Shown: positions 1 to 9,367, numbered from the stretch's first letter. The stretch is 64,000 nucleotides of DNA from an uncultured Candidatus Saccharibacteria bacterium (GCA_964628095.1 CAZVLR010000002.1:12795-76794); one strand, 5' to 3'. Notes: generated by a model from the letters alone, not told the origin. Translations and numbers: made by a program.

Positions 1-1034
1 AAGGCAGAACTAAAGCCTCAGCCAGACTGAAAGAAGGCTTTGATATGGATATTAGGGTGGTGCCCCCAAAATCCTACGGTTCGGCCCTGCAGTATTTTAC
101 TGGTTCTAAAGAACATAATATTGCTACGCGCCGCTTAGCCATTGAAAAAGGCCTGAAGCTTTCTGAATACGGATTATTCAAAGGAAAGAAAATGGTGGCT
201 GGTTGGGACGAGCCGGGAATTTACAGATTATTGGGGCTACCATATATTGAACCTGAATTAAGAGAAAATCAGGGCGAGATAGAAGCGGGCTTGGAAGGAA
301 AGTTGCCCCAGATTATATCTTTACAAGACATGAAGGGAGATTTGCATTGCCATTCCAATTGGAACGGAGGCGCAAATTCCATTAAAGAATTAATTGTTGC
401 TGCGAAAAACCTAGGTTATGAATATCTTGGCATTGCCGACCACACCAAGTTTTTAAGAATTGAAAACGGTTTAGATGAAAAAAAGCTAGGCCGACAAAGG
501 CAGGAAATAGATGGGTTGAATAAAAACCCAGAAAACTTTAAAGTTTTGCAGGGTTGCGAAGCCAATATTTTAACCGATGGCACAATTGATATTAATGATC
601 AAGCCTTGAGCAAATTAGATTATGCGATTGCGGGCATTCACTCGAGCTTTAAAATGGAAAAGGATAAAATGACCGAAAGAATGATTAGGGCCATGAAAAA
701 TCCGAATATTAATATTATTTCTCACCCTACCGGCCGGATTTTAAAAAGAAGAGACGAATACCAAATTGATTTTGATAAGGTGCTGAGAGCAGCTCGGGAA
801 TTTAAGGTGGTTTTGGAAATCAACGCTTATCCTGAAAGGCTGGACTTATCCGATCAGAATATTAAGCGGGCCAAAGAAGCTAAAGTTTCAATGATTATTA
901 ATACCGACAGCCACGAAAAAAGTCAGTTAAAGCTTATGGAGTACGGTGTTTTTCAGGCAAGAAGGGGTTGGGCGGAAAAAGAAGACATTATTAATACTCA
1001 ATCATTAGAAAAATTAATAACCTTTTTTAAATAA
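1..1034 (+). CDS. polX: DNA polymerase X family protein, C-terminal part with PHP phosphoesterase domain (5' end off-window)
   Basis: The frame is open from base 3 through the tracked ATG at 45, so the gene is cut by the window edge. YFTGSKEHN (Pol X thumb) is followed by PHP-type metal-ligand motifs HCHSNW, IADH, GIHS, SHPTGR, NTDSH. Confidence 0.85.
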   Translation, partial: GRTKASARLKEGFDMDIRVVPPKSYGSALQYFTGSKEHNIATRRLAIEKGLKLSEYGLFKGKKMVAGWDEPGIYRLLGLPYIEPELRENQGEIEAGLEGKLPQIISLQDMKGDLHCHSNWNGGANSIKELIVAAKNLGYEYLGIADHTKFLRIENGLDEKKLGRQRQEIDGLNKNPENFKVLQGCEANILTDGTIDINDQALSKLDYAIAGIHSSFKMEKDKMTERMIRAMKNPNINIISHPTGRILKRRDEYQIDFDKVLRAAREFKVVLEINAYPERLDLSDQNIKRAKEAKVSMIINTDSHEKSQLKLMEYGVFQARRGWAEKEDIINTQSLEKLITFFK

Positions 1035-1038
1035 AATT

Positions 1039-1194
1039 ATGTACCGGCGATCTCTTTTTCAAATGCACGTACCTTCGATTATTGGTATTATTATAATATT
1101 AGTAATAGCAGGAGGGGTTTTGGTTTATACTAAAAAAATGATAGATGAAATAACGGAAATCAGATACGGCAGTTTAATGGAAATTGCAAAATAG
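1039..1194 (+). CDS. possible small membrane protein (51 aa), below the ORF-track cutoff
   Basis: Hand translation of ATG 1039 to TAG 1192-1194 gives MYRRSLFQMHVPSIIGIIIILVIAGGVLVYTKKMIDEITEIRYGSLMEIAK. It has one hydrophobic helix flanked by basic residues and fills an otherwise empty 232-nt gap. No homology evidence. Confidence 0.3.
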   Translation: MYRRSLFQMHVPSIIGIIIILVIAGGVLVYTKKMIDEITEIRYGSLMEIAK

Positions 1195-1266
1195 CTTTAA
1201 AAATGAAATCGATAATTCTTCTTAAATCAATTCGACCATCGCCATTAGAAAAAGGTAAAAAAATCT

Positions 1267-1716
1267 ATGCCAGTTGAAAAATCGGCCGGAGCCGTTGTTT
1301 TTAGAAAAGAAAAAGGAAAAATTTACTATTTATTGCTGCATTATCCTTCTGGGGCTCGGACCCCCAAAGATTATTTTGATTTTCCCAAGGGGCATTTAGA
1401 AAAAGGAGAAACAGAGATAGCTGCGGCCAAAAGAGAAATTAAGGAGGAAACAGGATTAACAGACATTGAAATTACAGAGGGGTTTAAGGAGTGGATAAAA
1501 TACTTTTTTAGATTTAAAGAAAAGAATATTCTTAAATTCGTTACCTTTTATTTGGCCCGAACCAAAGAAAAAGAAGTTCGGGTTTCAAGCGAGCACACGG
1601 GATACAAATGGCTTACTTTTAAAGATGCCTTGGCCGAGTTAAAATTTAAAAATGCCAAAGAAATTCTCAAAAAAGCCGATCAATTCCTTTGCCAGCAGGG
1701 TTTATCAGACAGTTAG
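1267..1716 (+). CDS. NUDIX hydrolase
   Basis: Nudix box GHLEKGETEIAAAKREIKEETGL (GX5EX7REUXEEXGU pattern). Confidence 0.85.
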   Translation: MPVEKSAGAVVFRKEKGKIYYLLLHYPSGARTPKDYFDFPKGHLEKGETEIAAAKREIKEETGLTDIEITEGFKEWIKYFFRFKEKNILKFVTFYLARTKEKEVRVSSEHTGYKWLTFKDALAELKFKNAKEILKKADQFLCQQGLSDS

Positions 1717-1954
1717 AAAGATTCCAAGAGGTCAAGTGTCAACTTATAAGCAGGTGGCATTGGCTTCGGGTTCGCCTTTGGCTTGGCGGGCCGTGGGCAA
1801 CATTTTAAACAAAAACAAAGACAGTCAGATTCCTTGCCATCGGGTAATAAAGTCTAACGGCAAAATCGGCGGCTACAACCGCGGTGCAAAAAAGAAGCGG
1901 ATTTTACTAAAAAAAGAAAGCGTGTTAATAAAAGGTATAAATATTGGCCTTTGA
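1652..1954 (+). CDS. MGMT-family DNA alkyltransferase, single-domain (active-site/DNA-binding domain only)
   Basis: IPRGQVSTYKQVA helix-turn-helix region and PCHRV active-site cysteine motif. Only 100 aa. The only in-frame ATG overlaps the Nudix gene by 65 nt. Confidence 0.75.
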   Translation: MPKKFSKKPINSFASRVYQTVRKIPRGQVSTYKQVALASGSPLAWRAVGNILNKNKDSQIPCHRVIKSNGKIGGYNRGAKKKRILLKKESVLIKGINIGL

Positions 1955-2012
1955 CAACTCATCAAAAAGCAAAAGCTTATTATAAAAACCACTTTTAAAC
2001 TGAGGAGGGTTT

Positions 2013-2255
2013 ATGAAAAGCAATGCCGAACAGATTGAAATTTTAAAAAAGCTTCAGCACGAACATTTGAGTCCGATTATGCGGATTGCTTCACCCCTAT
2101 TTGTGAATATGACAGAAAGAAGGATTGCCATAGAAAAAGGCGACGGATTAGCGGGAGATCAAAATTACCTTACTTTTTTTAAGCAGAACATCGAGCAGAT
2201 AAAAGAGATTGCCGAAAAGGCCCTGGAATTCATTCAGTCAAGCCAGACTAATTAA
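2013..2255 (+). CDS. hypothetical protein (80 aa, helical)
   Basis: ORF preceded by a strong SD (ctGAGGAGGgttt-ATG) and followed by a hairpin terminator. No recognisable motif. Confidence 0.5.
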   Translation: MKSNAEQIEILKKLQHEHLSPIMRIASPLFVNMTERRIAIEKGDGLAGDQNYLTFFKQNIEQIKEIAEKALEFIQSSQTN

Positions 2256-2275
2256 AAGTAAAATACAGCACAAAC

Positions 2276-2316
2276 AAAAAGCCGCAGTGTTTTTACACGC
2301 TGCGGCTCTTCTTTTT
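2276..2316. terminator. bidirectional rho-independent terminator between the 2013 ORF and rplT
   Basis: Hairpin GCCGCAGTGT (2281-2290) / ACACGCTGCGGC (2295-2306), with an A-run on the left and a T-rich run on the right. Confidence 0.6.
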
Positions 2317-2320
2317 GCTT

Positions 2321-2665
2321 TTATTTTATCTTTTCAACCAGCTCAGAAAATATTTTAGGGTTATTTTCAGCCAACTGAGACAGGATTTTTCTGTCCAATT
2401 CGATGTTTTTCTTTTTCAAGCCATTCATAAACTGGCTGTAAGACATATTATTCTGCCGGCAGATAGCGTTTATCTTAATTTGCCATAAGCGCCGGAAATT
2501 TCTTTTTTTGTTTTTCCGGTCTCTAAAAGAATAGCTCCAGCCGTGCAACAGGGCGTCTTTGGCCAATTTATACTTTGATTTCCGGCCCCAGCGAAAGCCC
2601 TTGGTGTGTTGCAGGATATTTTTTCTCCGCTTTCGGGCGGTTGTTCCTCTTTTAATTCGAACCAT
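2321..2665 (-). CDS. rplT: 50S ribosomal protein L20
   Basis: MVRIKRGTTARKRRKNIL...GFRWGRK N-terminus typical of L20. Sits in the infC-rpmI-rplT order. Confidence 0.95.
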   Translation of the reverse strand: MVRIKRGTTARKRRKNILQHTKGFRWGRKSKYKLAKDALLHGWSYSFRDRKNKKRNFRRLWQIKINAICRQNNMSYSQFMNGLKKKNIELDRKILSQLAENNPKIFSELVEKIK

Positions 2666-2671
2666 ATATTT

Positions 2672-2857
2672 TTAGCGGTATAATAACTTTTTAATTTTTT
2701 TAGCTTCCGGCTTGGATAAGGGAACCCATTTTCGGCCCTGCCTGACTTTTTTTCCGGATTTTTTAGCGCGATAATGATTAAGACCGGACGGGCGCCTCAA
2801 AATCTTGCCGTTTTTGGTTATTTTGAATCTTTTTAAAACTGATTTTCTGCTTTTCAT
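2672..2857 (-). CDS. rpmI: 50S ribosomal protein L35
   Basis: 61-aa basic protein MKSRKSVLKRFKITKNGKILRR, located between infC and rplT. Confidence 0.95.
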   Translation of the reverse strand: MKSRKSVLKRFKITKNGKILRRPSGLNHYRAKKSGKKVRQGRKWVPLSKPEAKKIKKLLYR

Positions 2858-2875
2858 TTTTTTGTGATAATTATT

Positions 2876-3385
2876 TTATTGTTTTGTAACGATAATAGTG
2901 TAGCCCCGGGGCTCTCTTTTTAATTCCCGTTCGATTTTAATGGGAAGCAATTTTCCCAAGCCCTCCAGGAAGCTTTGTATTTTTCCTTTGGCGAATTCGG
3001 CTAAGGCCTTTTCCCGGCCCCTTAAAACCATTTCCACTCTAACTTTGTTCCCTTTTTTTAGAAAGTTTTCAGCTTGATTGATTTTAGTTTCCAGATCGTG
3101 GGAAGAAATATTAAAGCCAAAACGGATGCCTTTTATCTCGCCGGTCATTTTATGTCTAGCCTCCTTTTCTTTTTTTTGCAGAGAATACAGAAATTTTCCA
3201 TATTCCATAATCTTGCAAATAGGCGGTTCCACCTTTTCGGTTACCTGGATTAAATCCAGATTGCGCTCCCGGGCTAATTTTAAAGCTTCGGGCAGGTTGA
3301 ACAATCCTAACTGTTTTCCAGTTTCGTCGATTACCCGTACTTCTTTAGCCCTTATTTGGTTGTTGATGAATGGTTTTTTTAACAA
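2876..3385 (-). CDS. infC: translation initiation factor IF-3 (non-ATG start; tracked ATG at 3445 rejected)
   Basis: INNQIRAKEVRVIDETGKQLG matches the IF-3 N-domain. The tracked ATG (3445) lies inside the tmRNA gene (3394-3739). The first plausible in-frame starts after the tmRNA 3' end are TTG 3385 or ATC 3367. The exact start is uncertain. Confidence 0.85.
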   Translation of the reverse strand: MLKKPFINNQIRAKEVRVIDETGKQLGLFNLPEALKLARERNLDLIQVTEKVEPPICKIMEYGKFLYSLQKKEKEARHKMTGEIKGIRFGFNISSHDLETKINQAENFLKKGNKVRVEMVLRGREKALAEFAKGKIQSFLEGLGKLLPIKIERELKREPRGYTIIVTKQ

Positions 3386-3393
3386 TTTATTTT

Positions 3394-3739
3394 TGGTGGA
3401 GGTGAAGGGATTCGAACCCTTGTGCAAAAATATTCTCCAAGACAACGCTACAAACTTAGCCCGATTTGGTATCAGTAGAAAGTATTAATCGGACCAAATC
3501 TTTCTACTTTTTGGTCAAGATTTTGATAGTCTTTTGACCGGAAAGAGCTACCTATCTCGATTGATATAACACCAGATTTTAATTATCGAGAATTGCTAAA
3601 ACCCGATGTGCTTTAAGCGTATGCTAAAGCAGGAGCTTGAAATAAGTTGGCACTTATATCAGTTTCCGAAGGTTTTACGAGCTTTCGGAGCTCGGTTTGA
3701 TTGTTTTGGGTCGGATTTTTGTCGATTCCTGAACACCCC
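3394..3739 (-). ncRNA. ssrA: tmRNA (SsrA)
   Basis: Minus-strand 5' end is GGGGUGUUCAGGAAUCGAC and 3' end is GGGUUCGAAUCCCUUCACCUCCACCA (tRNA-like acceptor/T arm with CCA). The internal tag frame GCC AAC UUA UUU CAA GCU CCU GCU UUA GCA UAC GCU UAA encodes ANLFQAPALAYA* (3651..3613). It lies directly downstream of smpB. Confidence 0.9.
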
Positions 3740-3768
3740 CTATTAATTATTATTAAGATCTTAAGATG

Positions 3769-4218
3769 TTATTCTTTTAACGATCGCTCAATTTCCCGGT
3801 TAATCTCTTTTTTCTTAATCAGATCCCTCTTATCTTTCTTTTTCAAGCCTTTGGCCACGCCAAACTCTAGCTTAATTTTTCCTCCCTTAATATACACTTT
3901 TAAGGGTACAAAAGTCAAGCCTTGTTGGTTGGCCTTGCCAATGAGGTATTTTATCTCAGATTTCTTTAAAAGCAGCTTGCGTGATCTTTCCGGGTTATAA
4001 TCAGAGGGTGTGTTTTTAGGCTGATAGGGTGGAACTTGGCAGCCGACCAGAAAAACCTCTTCGTTTTTTAACACCACATAGCAGCCCGATAAGTTCATTC
4101 GGCCCAATTTTATCGATTTTACTTCGTGGCCCAAAAGGCTGATGCCGGCTTCAAATTTCTCTAAAATCTCGTAGTTAAAATACGCCTTTTTGTTTTCAGT
4201 GATTGGTTTAATATTCAT
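3769..4218 (-). CDS. smpB: SsrA-binding protein SmpB
   Basis: KKAYFNYEILEKFEAGISLLGHEVKS and a basic C-terminal tail typical of SmpB. Adjacent to tmRNA. Confidence 0.95.
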   Translation of the reverse strand: MNIKPITENKKAYFNYEILEKFEAGISLLGHEVKSIKLGRMNLSGCYVVLKNEEVFLVGCQVPPYQPKNTPSDYNPERSRKLLLKKSEIKYLIGKANQQGLTFVPLKVYIKGGKIKLEFGVAKGLKKKDKRDLIKKKEINREIERSLKE

Positions 4219-4297
4219 ATTGTGTTTTCATTTTAACCTAAATTCTTTCTTTTTCCAATCTTGATATAAAGGCTATAACAGGGTAAACTTAAAATTA

Positions 4298-5893
4298 ATG
4301 ATAAGGCAAAAAGTTGCAAAATCAATTGAGCAGGCCATAAAAGAGCTCCAAAAAGAGGGTTTTTTGCCAAAACTCCCAGTTTTAAATTTAGAGATCAAGG
4401 AATCGCAAAAGGAAATTTACGGCGATTACGCTTCAAGTGTTGCCTTAAAAATAGCTAAAATCACAAAAAAACAGCCCCTAGAGGTCGCCGAAAAAATATC
4501 TCACAATATAAAAAGAAAAAATAAGGACTTTTTCAATCAGATTGAGGTGATAAAACCCGGCTTTATCAATTTTTTTATTTCTCAAAAACAATTAAGAAAA
4601 GAATTGGGCGAGGCTTTAGCAGGGGGAGAGAATTTTGGGAAATTAACAGCCGGCAAGAAAATTAAAGCTAACGTAGAGTTTATTTCTGCTAACCCTACCG
4701 GCCCCCTTCATATTGGCAATGGCCGGGGTGCTTTTTTCGGAGATTGCCTGGCTAATATTTTAGCTTTTGCGGGCTTCAAAGCTTATAGGGAGTATTATGT
4801 AAACGATACTAAAAACAGCACGCAAATTTTAGAATTAGGAAAAACCGCTTTGGACCAGGGCCAATCTTACCTTTCACCGTACTTAGAATCTTTGATTTTA
4901 AAGTTAAAACCGCATCTTAAAAAGATAAAATCAGAAAGCGAAGCCGGATTTTTTGTGGCTCAGAATATTTTGGGCGACATTAAGAAATTTGTTTCTGAAA
5001 AACTTAAGATAAAAATTGATTTTTGGATTCAGGAACATAATTTATTCCGCCAGGATAAGGTAAAGAAAATCTACGATACTTTAAAGAAAAAAAATCTGAT
5101 TTATGAAAAAGACAAGGCTACGTGGTTAAAGCTCGATGCTTTTGACCTGGAAGACGGGGTATTGTTAAGAGAAAACGGCCAGCCAACATATTTTTTATCA
5201 GATATTGCCTACCACAAAGATAAAATAGACAGGGGGTTTAAAAAAATAATAGATATTTGGGGCGCCGATCATCAGGGGCACGTGCCGCGCATGAAGGCGG
5301 TAATGAAAATTCTGGGGTTTAAAGGGGAGTTTGATATTTTGATCAGCCAGATGGTTCAGTTAGAGGGCGAAAAGATTTCCAAGAGAGCCGGAAAAATTAT
5401 CTTGTTGGAAGACTTGGTTGATGCGGTCGGCCTGGATGCGGTGAAATTCTTTTATTTAATGAAATCTTTAAACACTCAAATGAGCTTTAATCTGGCCTTG
5501 GCCAAAGAAAAGTCACAAAAAAATCCGGTTTTTTACGTTCAATACGCCCATGCCAGAATCTGTAGCATTTTAAAAAAGGGTAAAACAGATAGTCTGAAAT
5601 TTAACACAAAATATTTAGAGTTTTTGGAACATCCTTCGGAAATAAAACTAATGAGAAAGATTATTCAATTGCCAGAAATTATTGAAGACACGGCCAAGGA
5701 TTATCAATTACAAAGATTGCCCCAGTATGCTTTGGAATTAGCGGAATCTTTTCATAGTTTTTACCGCGATTGCTATGTTTTATCCAAAGATAAAAACTTA
5801 GCCCAGGCGCGTTTGTTGTTGGCTTTTTGCGCCAAGAACACCTTAAAAACAACCTTAAACCTAATGGGAATTCAGGCGCCCGAGAAGATGTAA
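4298..5893 (+). CDS. argS: arginine--tRNA ligase
   Basis: SANPTGPLHIGNGRGA (HIGH region) and ISKRAGK (KMSKS-like), plus the ArgRS C-terminal anticodon-binding region. Confidence 0.95.
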   Translation: MIRQKVAKSIEQAIKELQKEGFLPKLPVLNLEIKESQKEIYGDYASSVALKIAKITKKQPLEVAEKISHNIKRKNKDFFNQIEVIKPGFINFFISQKQLRKELGEALAGGENFGKLTAGKKIKANVEFISANPTGPLHIGNGRGAFFGDCLANILAFAGFKAYREYYVNDTKNSTQILELGKTALDQGQSYLSPYLESLILKLKPHLKKIKSESEAGFFVAQNILGDIKKFVSEKLKIKIDFWIQEHNLFRQDKVKKIYDTLKKKNLIYEKDKATWLKLDAFDLEDGVLLRENGQPTYFLSDIAYHKDKIDRGFKKIIDIWGADHQGHVPRMKAVMKILGFKGEFDILISQMVQLEGEKISKRAGKIILLEDLVDAVGLDAVKFFYLMKSLNTQMSFNLALAKEKSQKNPVFYVQYAHARICSILKKGKTDSLKFNTKYLEFLEHPSEIKLMRKIIQLPEIIEDTAKDYQLQRLPQYALELAESFHSFYRDCYVLSKDKNLAQARLLLAFCAKNTLKTTLNLMGIQAPEKM

Positions 5894-5897
5894 TAAT

Positions 5898-6515
5898 ATG
5901 AAATTAAGAAATACTTATTATATTATCCGCCACGGCCAAAACATTCATCAAATAAGTAATAAAAAAAGAAAAAAGCCCTTAATCTATCCCTGGCCGGAAA
6001 AAAAGCCGATTCGTTTAACTTTACAAGGTAAAAAAGAAGTACTGGCCTCGGCTAAAATTTTAAAAAAGAAAAACATCGGTCTGATTTATTCCTCGGACAT
6101 GTTTCGTGCCAAGCAGACAAGCGAAATTTTAGCCAAAGAATTAAAAATTAAGAAAATAACTTTTGACAAAAGATTAAGAGATGGCAATTTGGGAATTTAT
6201 AATGGCCGACCCAAAGAGGTTTTTTACAAGGAATTTTTCGTGGTTAATACCGAAGAAAGATTTGCCAAAAGACCCAAGGGGGGCGAGAGCTGGAACGATA
6301 TTAAAAAAAGAACGGCTGATTTTATCAAAAGCGTGGATAAAAAATATAAGAATAAGAATGTTTTACTGGTTAGTCATGGAGACCCGCTTTGGCTTTTAGA
6401 AAGCGTTGTTAGGGGCTATAGCAATAAAAAAGCTTTTGACGCCATTTTCGACAAAAAGATTTACAAGCTGGTTATTATGAAAACCGGCGGATTAAGGAAA
6501 TTATATCCTTTTTAA
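5898..6515 (+). CDS. histidine phosphatase family protein (phosphoglycerate mutase-like)
   Basis: YIIRHGQN (RHG catalytic motif) and VSHGDP later in the protein. Confidence 0.8.
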   Translation: MKLRNTYYIIRHGQNIHQISNKKRKKPLIYPWPEKKPIRLTLQGKKEVLASAKILKKKNIGLIYSSDMFRAKQTSEILAKELKIKKITFDKRLRDGNLGIYNGRPKEVFYKEFFVVNTEERFAKRPKGGESWNDIKKRTADFIKSVDKKYKNKNVLLVSHGDPLWLLESVVRGYSNKKAFDAIFDKKIYKLVIMKTGGLRKLYPF

Positions 6516-6517
6516 AT

Positions 6518-9367
6518 ATGGATTTTGCAAAAACAGAAAAAGAAATCTTAAAGTTTTGGGCTGACAATAGAATCTTTGAAAAACTCCAGGCAAAGAATTG
6601 GGGCAAGAAACGCTGGTCTTTTTTAGACGGCCCGATTACCGCCAATAACCCCATGGGTGTGCACCACGCTTGGGGTCGGACTTACAAGGATTTGTTTCAG
6701 CGCTACAAGGCCATGCGGGGTTTTTACCAAAGGTTTCAGAATGGCTTTGACTGCCAGGGCTTATGGGTTGAGGTGGAGGTGGAAAAGGAGCTGGGCTTTA
6801 AAACGAAAAAAGACATTGAAGATTATGGCATTGAAAAGTTTGTGGAAAAATGCAAAGAAAGGGTTTTAAAGTATTCGAAAATTCAAACCGAGCAATCGAT
6901 CAGGCTGGGCCAGTGGATGAACTGGGATAATTCGTATTTTACCATGTCAGACGAGAATAATTACGCCATCTGGCATTTTTTAAAAATTTGCAAAGAAAAG
7001 GGCCTGCTTTACAAAGGCAAAGATGTAGTGCCTTGGTGCATTAGGTGTGGCACGGCTATTTCCCAGCACGAGATATTAACTGAAGAATACAAGGAAATAT
7101 CTCATAAGGCAATTTTTTTCAGATTGCCCTTGGCAAGCGAAAGCCAGACTTTTTTTCTTGCTTGGACTACCACGCCCTGGACTTTGCCCGCCAACGTTGC
7201 TCTGGCCGTAAATCCCGGGCTGAATTACGCCTATATTCAAAACGGAAAGGGTCAAACATATATATTGTTGGAAAACAAAGCCTTTTTAATCCCAGGGGGC
7301 AAGGTAGTTAAAACTTTAAAAGGATCACAATTGAAGGATTTGGAATATAAAGGACTGTTTGACGAGTTACCTTTGGCAAAAGATATTTTAGGTGATTATC
7401 GCCATAAAGTAATTACCTGGAAAGAAGTTTCTTTGGAAGACGGCACGGGCGTTGTACATATAGCTCCCGGTTGCGGGCAGGAAGACTTTAAACTGAGTAA
7501 AGAATTCAATCTGCCGGTTATTGATCCCGTGGACCAAGAGGGCAGATATAAAAAGAACCTTGGCTTTTTAGAGGGTAAATTAGTAACTCAGGTTCGAGAG
7601 GATATTTTTGACAGTCTTGAGAAAAAGGGTTTGGTTTTTAAGATTGAGGATTATTTACACCGTTATCCCACTTGTTGGCGCTGCAAATCGGAGCTGATTT
7701 TTAGATTAGTTAACGAATGGTACATTTCAATGGAGAAAATAAGGAAATCTTTGGTTAAGATCACCAAAAAAATACAATGGATACCGGATTTTGGTTTAGA
7801 AAGAGAGTTGGATTGGTTAAAAAATATGCAGGATTGGTTAATTTCCAAAAAAAGATATTGGGGTTTGGCCTTGCCCATTTTTGAATGTGCTTGTGGTAAT
7901 TTTGAAGTGATTGGCTCCAAAGAAGAATTGAAAGAAAGGGCAATTGAGGGCTGGCCCGATTTTGAAAATCATTCACCACACCGGCCTTGGGTGGATAAGG
8001 TAAAAATTAAATGCTCCAAATGCGGGCAATCCGTTGAAAGAATAAAAGACGTAGGCAATCCTTGGCTGGATGCGGGCATTGTACCTTTTTCAACCACGGG
8101 TTATTTTGAGGATAAAAAGGAGTGGAACAACTGGTTCCCGGCCGATTTTATCTGCGAATCTTTTCCCGGGCAGTTTAAAAACTGGTTTTATTCTTTGATC
8201 GTTATGAGCGCGGTTTTAGAAGGAGAAAATCCTACGAAAACTATTTTTGGCTACGCTTCCGTAAAAGATGAAAAAGGGGAAGAAATGCACAAATCCAAGG
8301 GGAATGCCATTTGGTTCGATGAAGCAGTTGAAAAGATCGGAGCCGAACCCATGAGATGGCTTTACGTGCGGCAGAACCCCGCTTATAATTTGAACTTTGG
8401 CTACAATGCGGCCCGGGACATCCAAAAGAAACTATTAACCCTTTGGAATAATTTCGTATTCTTTAAAACCTATTCTGATCAAAAAAGCGAAATTTCTTTA
8501 CCTAAAAAAATGGATAAAGCCAACGTGCTTGATCAGTGGATTATTTCCCGTTTACACGGCTTAATTGAAAAAGTAACCAAGGGCCTGGATGGTTATGACG
8601 CGGCTCAGGCAGCTTTAGCCATAGAGGATTTTTTTATCGAAGATCTTTCTTTGTGGTATATCAGGCGATCGCGCCGTCGCTTTCAGAAGCCAGATAATAT
8701 ATTAGAAAAAGAAACAGCTTTGGGCGTTCTTTATTTTACACTTTTTAACTTATTGAAAATCATTTCCCCGTTTTTGCCTTTTTTCTCAGAATCAATGTAT
8801 CAATCGATAAAAGACAAGGAGTTACCCGAATCGATTCATTTGTGCGATTGGCCAAAAATTGAGAAAGATTTAATAAATAAGAAACTGGAGGAAAAAATGA
8901 AAGCAGTTAGGGTTGTGGTAGCGGAAATTTTAGCACAAAGGGCAAAAGAAGGCATAAAAGTACGCCAGCCGCTTTCAAAGATTACCATAAAAGAAAAATT
9001 GGAAAATGAGTTTATTGAATTGATAAAAGAAGAGGTTAACGTAAAGGAAGTTTTATTCGGCAAGGAAATAAAATTAGACACTCAAATTACGCCCCAGCTT
9101 TTGCAAGAGGGCATTTTAAGGGAGGCAGTCAGGCATATTCAGATAATGAGAAAAGAATTGGGGCTACAGCCCAAAGACAAAATTTTGGTTAGGTACGAGA
9201 GCGGTGAGGAATTGAATAAGATATTCATCAATAACCGCGACTATTTAATTAAAGAATTAAAAACCGAAGATTTCTCTCAAAAAAAAGAAGAACTATCTTT
9301 TGACAAGATTTCAGAGCTTGAAATTAACAATAAGAAAGTTTGGCTAGCAATTAAGAGAAAGGGATAA
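6518..9367 (+). CDS. ileS: isoleucine--tRNA ligase
   Basis: Class I signature GVHHAWG, editing-domain motif WTTTPWTLPANVALAVNP (IleRS-type) and a KMSKS variant MHKSKGN. ValRS and LeuRS are identified separately elsewhere in the window. Confidence 0.9.
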   Translation: MDFAKTEKEILKFWADNRIFEKLQAKNWGKKRWSFLDGPITANNPMGVHHAWGRTYKDLFQRYKAMRGFYQRFQNGFDCQGLWVEVEVEKELGFKTKKDIEDYGIEKFVEKCKERVLKYSKIQTEQSIRLGQWMNWDNSYFTMSDENNYAIWHFLKICKEKGLLYKGKDVVPWCIRCGTAISQHEILTEEYKEISHKAIFFRLPLASESQTFFLAWTTTPWTLPANVALAVNPGLNYAYIQNGKGQTYILLENKAFLIPGGKVVKTLKGSQLKDLEYKGLFDELPLAKDILGDYRHKVITWKEVSLEDGTGVVHIAPGCGQEDFKLSKEFNLPVIDPVDQEGRYKKNLGFLEGKLVTQVREDIFDSLEKKGLVFKIEDYLHRYPTCWRCKSELIFRLVNEWYISMEKIRKSLVKITKKIQWIPDFGLERELDWLKNMQDWLISKKRYWGLALPIFECACGNFEVIGSKEELKERAIEGWPDFENHSPHRPWVDKVKIKCSKCGQSVERIKDVGNPWLDAGIVPFSTTGYFEDKKEWNNWFPADFICESFPGQFKNWFYSLIVMSAVLEGENPTKTIFGYASVKDEKGEEMHKSKGNAIWFDEAVEKIGAEPMRWLYVRQNPAYNLNFGYNAARDIQKKLLTLWNNFVFFKTYSDQKSEISLPKKMDKANVLDQWIISRLHGLIEKVTKGLDGYDAAQAALAIEDFFIEDLSLWYIRRSRRRFQKPDNILEKETALGVLYFTLFNLLKIISPFLPFFSESMYQSIKDKELPESIHLCDWPKIEKDLINKKLEEKMKAVRVVVAEILAQRAKEGIKVRQPLSKITIKEKLENEFIELIKEEVNVKEVLFGKEIKLDTQITPQLLQEGILREAVRHIQIMRKELGLQPKDKILVRYESGEELNKIFINNRDYLIKELKTEDFSQKKEELSFDKISELEINNKKVWLAIKRKG

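Noticed and set aside
3386-3445. Tracked ATG start (3445) of infC
   Set aside because: This 5' extension overlaps the tmRNA 3' domain (3394-3739). Its residues (MSWRIFLHKGSNPFTST) are simply the reverse reading of the tRNA-like arm.
3078-4000. Plus-strand ORFs 3078-3488 and 3701-4000
   Set aside because: They run antisense to infC, the tmRNA and smpB, all of which have strong independent support. The translations have no recognisable features.
4219-4297. T-box leaders upstream of the aaRS genes (argS shown; also ileS, valS, glyQS, metG, leuS)
   Set aside because: All upstream gaps are under about 105 nt and several are 0-20 nt. No specifier-loop or T-box (AGGGUGGUACCGCG-like) sequence was seen.
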